Assembly: GCF_006345805.1 (NCBI RefSeq) | Contig: NC_042999.1 | Span: 36,518,001-36,582,000 of the forward strand | Direction: 5' to 3' | DNA from: Octopus sinensis | Taxonomy: Eukaryota | Length of the DNA stretch: 64,000 nt | Part shown: piece after piece, positions 11,466-22,599 of the stretch | Numbering within the stretch: the first letter of the stretch is position 1 | How the letters are laid out: every line of letters starts with the position of its first letter | Program-made: the position numbers and the translations under genes | The notes under the pieces: generated by a model | Databases searched by the model: none | What the model was told of the DNA's origin: nothing | Seen by the model: only the letters and a program-made list of their open reading frames with translations

Positions 11466-12648
11466 TCAGGTCATCGCATAAGTTCTGTCTGAATTTTGAA
11501 TAAAGAAAACAAGTGATTAAATGTCATATTTAATTGAAATTTAATCATCGATGTACTTTCCCTGATTATCTATGACTTCCTTCCATCTATTTACAAGCTT
11601 TTTAATCCCATCAATGTATAACTCTTTGGGTTTCAAAGCGAAGAACTCTGAAATGTCAGTTTTGACCTCCTTCTGGCTTGCAAAAGTTATGTCCCCCAAA
11701 TGATTCTGTAAACTACAAAACAAATGATAGTTTGAAGGAGCAAGGTTGGGAGAATAAGGTGGATGAGGAATTTTTTCCCAACCAAGCTCTTCAATCTTCT
11801 GTGATGTGATCTTTGCAGTGCGGGGTCATGCATTGTCCTGATACAACATCACTCCTTTTCGATTCACTAAAGCGGGTCTTTTTTTCTTCAAAGCTTGGTT
11901 CAAACACTCTAATTGCTGACAATAGACTTGAGCATTGATTGTGCCATTAGGTGGTAACAATTCAAAGTGAATTACTCCTTTGCAATTCCACCAGATAGAG
12001 AGAAGAACCTTTGATAGAAGATCCATTTTTTGTCACCAGTCACAAGTCTATCCAAAAAGGGTGAAATGAGTTCGTGAGAATGGAGAGAAGAGTAGATGTC
12101 AACTCAGAATTTGTGGTTGCTTTCGGACAATTCATGAGGCACCCATTTTCCAAGTTTAGGAACCTTTCTAAGTTGTATGGTTTGAACTAAGCTTTATTGT
12201 CAATTCTTCAACTGATAATGCAGGATTTTCTTCAAGTAATGCCTCAAGGAGTTTATCATCAAACTCAACTGGACATTCTGTTCAATCTTCGTCTTCAAGA
12301 CTGAAATCTCCACTCCTGAATTTTCCAAACCATCTTCTGCAAGTTCTTTCATTCAAGCATTCTTTCCCATAAACTGAGTGTATGTTTTGTGTCACTTTGG
12401 CAGCAGAGTTTCCTTTTTTGTACTCATAAAGCATTATGTGCCTCAAATGCTCTTTGGCTACTTCCATGTTAGAAAAGGTTTTAATCTAAGAAATTTTAAT
12501 GCTATTATTCTGTAAAATATTTAATTCATTTAAATGTACACAAATGCATAAAAATAATTTTTAATTCCATTAGACATTCTGAAATACTATTAAATTTCAT
12601 TCAATTTTAAAAATGGTAAAATTGGCCAGAACTTATGGGATGACCTGA
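11466..12648 (-). mobile_element. Full-length but decayed mariner (DD34D) transposon
   Basis: TIRs TCAGGTCATCGCATAAGTTCTG and revcomp TCAGGTCATCCCATAAGTTCTG with flanking TA. Transposase remnants: HLRHIMLYEYKKG HTH, VTGDKKWI, IWWNCKGVIHFELL, YQDNA, PYSPNLAPSNYH, GIKKLVNRWKEVIDNQGKY. Confidence 0.95.
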
Positions 12649-12656
12649 TATATATA

Positions 12657-12755
12657 TATCTGTAAAATAATATGTGACAATTATTCAATAGCCAAGATAA
12701 AACTCTGAGTTTTATCTTGGCTATTGAATAATTGTCACATATTATTTTACAGATA
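12657..12755. repeat. Perfect 49-bp + 1-nt + 49-bp palindrome
   Basis: TATCTGTAAAATAATATGTGACAATTATTCAATAGCCAAGATAAAACTC-T-GAGTTTTATC...ACAGATA; centre at 12706. Confidence 0.95.
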
Positions 12756-12816
12756 AATTCCTCTATTTACATAATATTGAGGTCTCTTTCTTTCTTTTGT
12801 TATCTTACCATTTTTA

Positions 12817-12852
<36 letters not shown>

Positions 12853-13210
12853 TACTCAGCACTGAGTGCTTAAATACTCAGAGCTGAGTACTTATGCAGT
12901 GCATAGCATCTCACAGCAGAAACAGCTGTACGTAAGTTAATGAAGTTCCTTGTACAATTTCCTGTTCCCTTGTCATTTAAAAAAATTATCTATTACACTC
13001 TGTACTCAACTAAAGCTTTATTCTGAAGCATATTGAATTCTAACACCAGGTTATTAGTATCGCTAAACCTAGCTGAAACATCAATACATATAAATATATT
13101 ATATATGCTATGTGAGTGAGTGCTTTCTACACATCTCTGCATATAACATACTCCACCAACAGCTCATATGTTTCATTTTCTTATTGTTAATAAAGATGTT
13201 ATAATATATA

Positions 13211-13442
13211 CCTATTTCTTTACTACCCACAATGGGCTAAACACAGAGGACTAACAAGGACAGACAAACGGATTAAATCGATTATATCAACCCCAGTGCG
13301 TAACTGGTACTTATTTAATCAACCTCGAAAGGATGAAAGGCAAAGTCGACCTTGGCGGAATTTGAACTCAGAACGTAGCGGCAGACGAAATACCACTGAG
13401 CATTTTGCCCGGCGTGCTAACGTTTCTGCCAGCTCGCCGCCT
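13211..13442 (-). mobile_element. SINE family B (core ctttgcctttcatcctttcggggtcgataaattaagtaccag)
   Basis: Head ggcggcgagctggcagaaacgttagc...gttctgagttcaaattccg. The core resembles the MetaSINE domain as remembered. Confidence 0.85.
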
Positions 13443-14095
13443 TATAATATATGTTATAATATATACCAACCCTTTTATCCATTTACGAAGGTATTGCATT
13501 ATTAAAAAGGTGTTTTTCACAATGTTTCTATCGGGCCCTCAAAATCTAGTTCATGTTGCACTCTGGTCTGCAAAGCTGAATGACTGTGACACCCTTGATC
13601 TATTTGCAAAATGAGAGACCCACAGCATATTTTCTTTTTTTTTTTTTTTTACAGAGGAATGCAACGGATAAGTTTAGCACATGTATGATGTAGTGGTGAC
13701 TATTTTTCTCCTTTCAAACACACCACAAGTCTTACAGCTTGATATATATGAAAGGTAGATCTAATTCTAAATTGTTTTAACATATTTGATTTGCGCTATA
13801 TCCCAAGATAACTAATTTTAATTGATGAAAGTGTAGGAATTCGAACCCCAACTGTAAAGTTACCAGGTTGTGATCTTGTGTGTGTGTGTGCATGTATGTG
13901 TGTGTGCATGTGTGTGTGTGCGCACGTGTGTGTGTGTGTGCTTTTATGCTCTTCCAGCATAAACACAGCTGATTTGTTTGTAGTGACCAAATGTTTGTAC
14001 TGTACATTCACCCACTCCCGCCAACAAATCGACAACGCCTGTACAATTGCACACTGTGTCCCAATCAGATGTCCAACTGAGTGCAGGGCAACATA

Positions 14096-14661
14096 TTGGG
14101 TTGTCTGGAAAGTTCGTGCCGATTTATAGTAGCTTACCTTTCGACTTATTTTAGAACACGGTTGAGTTCATAAAATAGGATTTGACTACACCTCCATTTA
14201 GAGCACAGTTTAAGCTATCTTTTCATGGATGAAGGTTTATGTTCCTATAACTTGTGTTAATTTTGTAATCCTTTAAAATGGAAGATAAGAAAGTTTATTT
14301 TCGGCACTTGATGCTTTGGGAACCAGACAAAAATTGCTGCAGCTCGGCTGGGATATGTTACCCCACCCTCCATATTCACCAGATATTGCTCCTTCAGATT
14401 TCCACTTATTCAGGTCTCCGCAGAATAGTCTTAATGGTAAAAATTTCAATTCCTTGGATGACGTAAAAAGATACCTTGATGAATTCTTTGCCATGAAACC
14501 ACCTCGATTCTGGGAAGAGGGCATTTTCAAGTTAAAGGAAAGATGGAGACGCATTGGTCAACAAAATGTTTCCTATTTGGTTGATTAAAAATGCAATAGC
14601 AAGTATTTATTGACCTTTTTCTTTCCTTTAAAAATCGGCACGAACTTTCTGGGCAACCCAA
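14096..14661 (+). mobile_element. Internally deleted mariner (MITE-like) inserted into a SINE
   Basis: TIRs TTGGGTTGTCTGGAAAGTTCGTGCCGATTT and revcomp TTGGGTTGCCCAGAAAGTTCGTGCCGATTT with TA TSD. N-terminus MEDKKVYFRHLML is fused to C-terminus LPHPPYSPDIAPSDFHLF...GIFKLKERW. Confidence 0.93.
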
Positions 14662-15229
14662 TAAAATGAAGTATTTTGCTCCAGAATACAACACACTGCT
14701 CGATTCGGGGATCGAAACCCCGATCTTGCGATCGTGAGAGCAACAGCCTAACCACTAAACCACGTACCTTCACTATAGTGTGTATGTGTGTGTTTATTTA
14801 CGTTTTTTATCATTGGCTTGCCCGAGTAAGGCTGACGTAAGCTACAAGACAACAGCTAGAACAAAATATCAATAATGTTTATTCCTGTTGTACACCCTTA
14901 AACTTTCGGCCAATGTTTAGACACACTATCTGCTTTCGTCATAAGTGATGACTTCATTGCTTAAACAGCATCCCTCAAAATTAAGACTTCCCTTCCAATC
15001 CCAGAAAATATTTTGAGCCAGATCAGTTGTCGACCTACTCAACAAAGAACAAGTACCACCCACATAAATGTGAAGAAGGTGGTTGTTAGACGTCCATTTC
15101 TTAAGTCACTGCCGCCCCATACATCGCCAAAATGCCAACACTTCTCAAGCTTTAGAAAATATTGCTGAAGAGGCTTAACTTAGTGGTTTACTACTCCTGT
15201 TGCTGTTGTTTTTACTTCCTCTCCGCTTC

Positions 15230-15800
15230 AATCCACATACTCTCTCTCTCTTTCGTTTTCCTTCCTATCCCTCTCGTTAAATTCTCACACACACATACAC
15301 ACACTCACACATATATGTACATACAGTATATGTTATGTTTAATTTGTCTCTCTATCCCCCTCTTTCTGTCTCTATCTCTTACATGCTCTAATTAAAATTT
15401 TTTTCTTTCTGATTGTCATTCTACCTTTTCTTTTTTTCTCTCTAAATTATTTCTGCAATTCTCTTTCTCCCCCCCCCCACACATGCTCTACTTCTCCCTA
15501 TTTCCTTCCAAACCTTCATCATTTCCTTTCTTCTCTCATTCTCACAGTCACTCATTCCCATTCCTATGCTTTACTTTTTACCCTTCCAGTCCTATTTATA
15601 CTCTTTCTATTCCTTTCTCCTCCTACCATTATTTACATGCTACCTTTTCCCACCCCTCTTTCTCTCTTCTGATACTCTTACTCTCGACCTCTCTGTCTTC
15701 TTCTTCTATTCCTTCTCACTCCTATTCTCATTCTCCGCCTCTCTTCTCTTCCTTCTCACTCCTACTCCTATTCTCCGCCTCTCTCTCTCTTTCCTTTAGT
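15230..15800 (+). repeat. Polypyrimidine (CT-rich) low-complexity tract
   Basis: About 570 bp dominated by C/T, with an internal duplication of ctcactcctattctc...ttctccgcctctc. Confidence 0.85.
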
Positions 15801-17625
15801 CGTCTCGTAAACTTACAATGATATATCATTAAACCTCGCAAGGTTCCCACCGCAAATTATTCTCACGGATCGATTCACATGTAGTAAGCACTCGATTCTC
15901 TTGTTTATTTTCTTCCCATTTTAAACTGCATGACTTAAATGTGTATATATTCTTCCTTCCTTGGTCTTACAGTCACAAATGGTTTCAGAGGATGAAGAGA
16001 AGTGCTAGATATTGTTCTCCCGTTGTTAATTGCGCTTAAGGTCCACAAAGCTTAGTCTGATCACACTAATATGTTTTCATGTGCATGAATTCTCGTGTTT
16101 ATGCACATATATATATATATGTATATATGTGTGTGTGCGTAGAGTATCTGTTTAACTACTTATAAACAAACATAACTACTAAGTTGGTGTGGAAGTACAC
16201 ACGAACCGTTATCTATACACACAGCTATAACTACAGAACAGTGCGATGGAGTAAACTTCGTGCACCTAAAGCATAACAACACAATTAATAGACACAGTGA
16301 ACTGCAGACGAATTCACGCTGGAAACCAGCACAATTAGATGGAGCCAGCTACCACAATCGATTCCTCTTACTGAAATATCCTCAGAACAAGGTGATGGAA
16401 AAAAAAAACCCACGATCAAATCTTTTTATATAACCATGAAATATGAAATGAAGTGATTTGCCACTGGTGAAAACCTCCCTACAAAGCAAGTTTCAAAGTG
16501 TGATGGAGTGTTTGCTTTTCTGGCAGTTGCGGTGCTGAAATTGGCAAATTTCACTGTTAAGGGCTTCCTTGTTGACTCTGACAACTCCAGGGGTTGAAAT
16601 ATTGAAAGAATAATGAAAAAAAGAAACATTTAAAGGAAATAATAAACGGAGTAGAAAATTAGTATCAATAGAAGCAAATATACGTATAGTAAATTGATAC
16701 ATAACATCTGTCTATCTGACTATTATTATCTTATTCCTTTAGCTATTTATTTTTCTATACACTTCTTAATGTGTACACTATGTTTATTGAATAGATATTT
16801 GATATAAACCAGACATACGTTATTTAAGGCTTCTTGAGGGAAAGTGAGGGTAGTAATTGTATCTTGATAGTATTTAATTAACACTGGGTAATTGAGATTT
16901 GACTAACTACCAAACGAAGTACAGCAGATTTCTTCCTCGCTATAGATTCACATGCACTTTGACATAGATTTACACTCAGATATATATACATTACTTAATA
17001 AACAAATATATGATTCTCCATTGACACACGCTATTACATAGATACACACACGACTATAAATCCTATATATATTTATCTATGTACACTTTTTTCATCTCAA
17101 AGTAGACATTCGTGCGTAAGTTAGAAATTATTTATCCATACCCAAACACATACTCCTAAATACATTCAGAATCTTTTGTCAACCTCTTTCACAGTGCTCT
17201 TGTGTAGTTAATTACATTTCTAGCTTTACAGATACTAGCACGCTTCTATAATGAGATACGTCATGCATATATATATACATATATACATACGCACGGTAGA
17301 GAAACCAAACAATCACACAAGAGAGAGGTCAGTTGAGCTATAACAAATAATATCAGCAACTTCAAGAAGTCTGTCGAGCGATTATTACTCTGGGGGAGTG
17401 AGAGAGAGATGGAGTAAAGACCCTTTAAACTTATATCTATCTATTCGTGTCTGTGATTTATCATGGTTCAAGAAAAAAGAATATATATATATATATAGGC
17501 GATATATTATGATGATTTTACTATATCTTCATCTTCACTGATATGTGTAACAAATAAGATGATTGATATTGTTTTTTCGCCTTCAAAACCCGTTTGACTG
17601 ATTCAGTTAACCCCTCGTCACCATA

Positions 17626-17703
<78 letters not shown>

Positions 17704-18364
17704 GATGTATGATGACGAGGGGTTAACTATATATATATATTGCTTTACTACTTCATCAACTCTATTGAATTGTCAGTTGAGAACATTAGAATACTCCCTT
17801 TTATTTTATGTGTACTGAAAAATGTTGTTGCTTGATTTCACGAGATTTTATATTTCATTAGATTTAATAACCATTCATATTATTTGTCAACAAATACTTT
17901 GACGGATTTTAAAATTTATTCGATATAATTTATCAAGATATAATTTACTATGAATTATTTTATATATTTAAGGTTCACAAATTTTAATTTACCAGGCATA
18001 TGTTAACTGATGTAGTTTTATTAGACATCAGGTTCTTTCTTTTTTTTTCTCTATAGTTTATATATTTTATACCCTCTACCATTACCACCAAATTGTCACA
18101 TTACCTATTTCTTTATTACCCACAAGGGGCTAAACACAGAGAGGACAGACATAGGTATTACGTCGATTACATCGACTCCAGTGCGTAACTGGTACTTAAT
18201 TTATCGACCCCGAAAGGATGAAAGGCAAATTTTCCTTGGAATAAAACTGTTTTAAGAGATTTTTATTTATCAAAATTTTCATTTAGCAGAGGATGATTAG
18301 TATAGATTTGTTCTTCTTGTTGGTATACTTACATTTGTCTAATTTTGGGGTTTTCTTCTTTCAG

Positions 18365-18797
18365 AATGCCGCTCTATGTTAAACAACAGGAGCGAAATAC
18401 CAACAACAATACTACTACAAATACTATGGTTAATGCCACGGCTGTTGGCACAGCTGGAAAAGTTGTTCATTCAAACTCGAAACAACATCAACAAAAGCAG
18501 TCACTGCAACACCAACATCACCACTACCACCACCAACAACAACAACACCGTTGCAGAGCTGCTCATGTCAAACAAGCTTTTAAACACGAACCTTCTTACC
18601 CCTTCCTTCTGTCACCTCCTTCCAGATACTGTGAGAACATTTTCAGGAGGTTGATGTCCCTGTGCTTTATTCTACTAGTGGTGTTGGTGAGGAACTCAGC
18701 ATGTAATTTTATCAACCAGGTGGCTGTACATATCGAGGGTGGAGTGCAGAATGCAGATAGGGTTGCCAAAGAACATGGATTTAAAAATTTAGGCCAA
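18365..18797 (+). CDS. furin: First recognisable coding exon of a furin-like proprotein convertase (N-terminal extension, signal peptide, first half of S8 prodomain)
   Basis: Acceptor ttttcttctttcAG ends at 18364, ATG at 18366, open frame to the donor CAA|GTAAGT at 18798. Translation ends SLCFILLVVLVRNSAC-NFINQVAVHIEGGVQNADRVAKEHGFKNLGQ, matching the furin prodomain start (human FTNTWAVRIPGGPAVANSVARKHGFLNLGQ) and its phase-0 intron after LGQ. Paralog (furin1, furin2, PC5/6-like) cannot be fixed from this exon alone. Confidence 0.85.
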
Positions 18798-19018
18798 GTA
18801 AGTAAAAGTGACGTTGATTATTTTTTGTTTTGACTCTAGCTCTGCATTTGTTTATATATATATATATATATATATACTCACATACACACACACATATATG
18901 TATGTTTGTATTGTAGCTACTTAGTGATTGAGTGGTAAGAGGACAGGTTGTAATTACTTGAACAATACAAAAATCTTTCAGTTTTTGTCCACAGAAGAGT
19001 AACTAATATAAATATTAA

Positions 19019-19239
19019 CCCTTTTGATACCAACCCGGCCAAAACCGCCTCTGGCTCTGTAGTACAAATGTCTTGTTTTCATAAGTTATGAATTAAAATC
19101 TTCCACCAAACCTTAGTCACAATTTATGTTCCCAACACTAGCTTAATGATAACTAAGTTCTTTTACTAAATTCTTTGTTATATTTAAAATTAATTGATTG
19201 AAACACAGAGCATCTCAAAATAAATACAGTAACAAAAGG
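19019..19239. mobile_element. piggyBac-like MITE family 1
   Basis: Same internal sequence as 9147-9367. Left TTAA-CCCTTTTGATACC is intact; right end is degenerate. Confidence 0.8.
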
Positions 19240-19472
19240 AAAATAAATACATATCAAATCAGTCCAATACTTTTAAATAAAAAACTCCCACTATACTTGA
19301 GTCAAGCTTCTGTATGTAAAATAATTGCTCACTTTTGATATATTTTACAATTTGCCATGGGCTACATCATCATCATCATCATTATTGTTTCACATCCATC
19401 TTCCATGCATGCATGGGTAGGACAGATGACAGGAGCTGGCCAGGTAGAAAAACTACCTTTTTGTAGTCTACA

Positions 19473-19838
19473 TACGACGACGAGGGTTCCGGTTGATCCA
19501 ATCAACGGAACAGCCTGCTCGTGAAATTAATGTGTAAGTGGCTGAGCACTCCACAGACACGTGTACCCTTAACGCAGTTCTCGGGGATATTCAGCGTGAC
19601 ACAGAGAGTGACAAGGCCGGCCCTTTGAAATACAGGTACAACAGAAACAGGAAGTAAGAGTGAGAGAAAGTTGTGGTGAAAGAGTACAGCAGGGATCACC
19701 ACCATCCCAGCCGGAGCCTCGTGGAACTTTAGGTATTTTCGCTCAATAAACACTCACAACGCCCGGTCTGGGAATCGAAACCGCGATCCTACGACCACGA
19801 GTCCGCTGCCCTAACCACTGGGCCATTGCGCCTCCACA
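19473..19838 (-). mobile_element. SINE family D, tail type 1
   Basis: Near-identical to 6408-6796. Confidence 0.9.
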
Positions 19839-20443
19839 TCTATATTATATCATATCTTACATATAAAAATATCTTTGCATATCCCCTTCCATATCCATTT
19901 CTAGCACTGATTATGTAGGCAAAAATAAAACAGATCAGCCCAATTTGAGAGATTTTTAGAAAAGTCTGAGACCCATAGAAAACACCTCAGTGGCCCCCAC
20001 CTGTTGCAAGCCTTCTGCTCTAAGGAAAGCTGGGTCTTCAGAGAAGTATCATCACCACTCATGCAAGTGTTTTGCCCTTAACTTCTTACCCTGAAGGAGA
20101 CTGAGCTGCATCCATGTCATGACCCCTGAATGTCCGTTATTTGTTGCCTTTTTGTGATAGATGTTTTAAGCACTTTGCTACAAGAAGTAACTAGGGAAAT
20201 TGAAGCTCTATGAAGTTTGCTTTTCCTCATTGACCATATCTTGGAATATGTTTTGGTGGTTTATTCTGCCATTGCCTTTAGGAATCTGGTCCTCCATATT
20301 TATATTTTCTGGATGTCATTTGTAATCAGTGCATTTGAATGAAACAAAATGTTCAGAATGCACATTTTCAGTTTTAATGATTTTATATGCTATGCGTGAG
20401 AAATAATTTTAAGTGACCATGTGTATGTATGTATATACATATA

Positions 20444-20482
<39 letters not shown>

Positions 20483-20518
20483 GAAAAAAGGTGTTCAGAA
20501 TGCTGGATTTTTTTTTTT

Positions 20519-20718
20519 TCTTTTACTTGTTTCAGTCATTTGACTGCGGCCATGCTGGAGCACCGCCTTTAGTCGAGCAAATCGACCCCTAGACTTACTC
20601 TTTGTAAGCCCAGTACTTATTCTATCGGTCTCTTTTGCCGAACCGCTAAGTGACGGGGACGTAAACACACCAGCAATGGTTGTCAAGCAATGCTAGGGGG
20701 ATAAACACAGATACACAA

Positions 20719-20749
<31 letters not shown>

Positions 20750-20923
20750 CATATATACGACAGGCTTCTTTCAGTTTCCGTCTCCCAAATCCACTCACAA
20801 GGCATTGGTCGGCCCGGGGCTATAGCAGAAGACACTTGCCCAAGGTGCCACGCAGTGGGACTGAACCCGGAACCATGTGGTTGGTTAGCAAGCTACTTAC
20901 CACACAGCCACTCCTGCGCCTAT
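20519..20923 (-). mobile_element. SINE family A
   Basis: Reverse-complement full-length copy. Confidence 0.9.
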
Positions 20924-21239
20924 GGTTGTAAAAATATATATTTATTTACATATCACATTATTTCTTCATATTAACACTTTCAACTACTGTAGTTTCATCA
21001 GAAATATATATATATAGATAGATAGATATAGAGGTTATGAGAGGTAATGGTGTCAATAAAACCCAAAGGTGTCAGGTAATGCTGAGTAAGTGCTATGGAC
21101 AGACTATAGTTAAGCTCCAGGTTCAGTGATTATGCGAATAAGGAGTTCAACGTAGGTCATATATCAGAATGTGTATATATATTAAAAAAATTTCAGAATG
21201 AGATAAAAATCCAAGGCTTAGAACATTTATAAATAGAAG

Positions 21240-21287
21240 GTCTTACAGCTGTTTCCGGGATATTTTATATATCCCTTCATCAGAGAC
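21240..21287 (-). ncRNA. Type I hammerhead ribozyme motif, intact core
   Basis: GTCT CTGATGA A GGGATAT-ATAAA-ATATCCC G GAAA CAGCTG T A AGAC: stem I GTCT/AGAC, 7-bp stem II, palindromic stem III ACAGCTGT, GUA cleavage triplet. Confidence 0.75.
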
Positions 21288-21447
21288 GGTGTCAGAAAAT
21301 GGTTAAGCAACAGTTATTTTAGATGAGATATGAAATAGAGATTGAAGTGGAAGAATGAAATATCCTGGAAACAGCTGTAAGCCCTATTTATAAATGTTCT
21401 AAGCCTTGGATTTTTATCTCATTCTGAAAATTTTATGTATATATGTA

Positions 21448-22599
21448 TGCAGGAAGTAAATAGACACCTTTAATTTTCAAAATCTTATTTAATACGCCAA
21501 GTGAACAATTGATAGGTAGGACTACTTACTTTAGTATTTAGTTGACATTCCCTTTGCAGCTTTTAATTCAGAAACTCTTTTTGGCATTGAACTGATGAGC
21601 TTTGTGATTGTCTCTTGTGAAATTTCTGCCCACTTTTCGTGCACTGTTGAGTTTTTCATATAACTCTATCTAGTATGCTCCAAAGATTTTCAATTGGATT
21701 CATGTCAGGAGATTGGCTCAGCCAAGGAAGCTTTTTGATCCCATTTTCAGTCAGCCATTGTTGATTTCTGTGTAGCATGGAGCTCCATCTTCCATGAATA
21801 AAAACTCATTTTTCGTTGTTATCGTGAGAATACATCGGAAGTAGTCCTTGCTTAAGTATTTCGATGTATTTTTCAGAGTTTATAGTTCCATTACAGAGAT
21901 ACCGCTATGTTTCACAGTTGGTTGGAGTTGTTTCAAATTAAATTCTTGATTGGGAAGCCTCCAGATCCAAACACGTCCACTGTCAGATAATAATGCAAAT
22001 CTGGATTCATCTAAGAAATTCACTCTATCCCAAAATGAACTGAATTTTTCTGACATCTCCTTAGCCCATTTCTTTCTTTTTGTGATATTAATTGGTTGAA
22101 GGAGAGGTTTTCTTCTAGCTGCTCGTCCATAATACCCAAGCTTATGCAGATATGTAACACATGTTCTTAGACTAACTTCTAGCTGTTTTGCAATGTCAGA
22201 AGCCTTTGAACAGGGTTCATTTTCCACAATTATCTTCAAACAGCAAAGCTTCCTATCCAAGGGCTCAGGTTGGCTGTGATGGGAATCTGTTGATACTTTT
22301 CCGTGGCTTTTGAATTGCACTATAATTCTATTAACAGTAGCAAGAGGAATTTGAAGATTTTCAGCAATTTTTTGCTGGCTAAGACCAGCCTCAGATTGCC
22401 CAACAATACGACCTCTGATAATCTGATAGTTCTGCTGAAATTTTTTGTGCGCGGCATGGTTACTCTTTGCAAATGTTTAATACAGTGGCACCTGGAATGA
22501 AAGAGAATAATTACATTGGAAATTCTACACCACTGAAAACATATTAAGAAGCTTAGATCAGAAATTTTGAAAATTAAAGGTCTCTATTTACTTCCTGCA
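21448..22599 (-). mobile_element. Decayed Tc1-like transposon
   Basis: TIRs TGCAGGAAGTAAATAGACACCTTTAATTTTCAAAAT and revcomp TGCAGGAAGTAAATAGAGACCTTTAATTTTCAAAAT. ORF 21880-22320: [12 protein letters not shown]...[12 protein letters not shown]...PTVKHSG. Confidence 0.92.
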
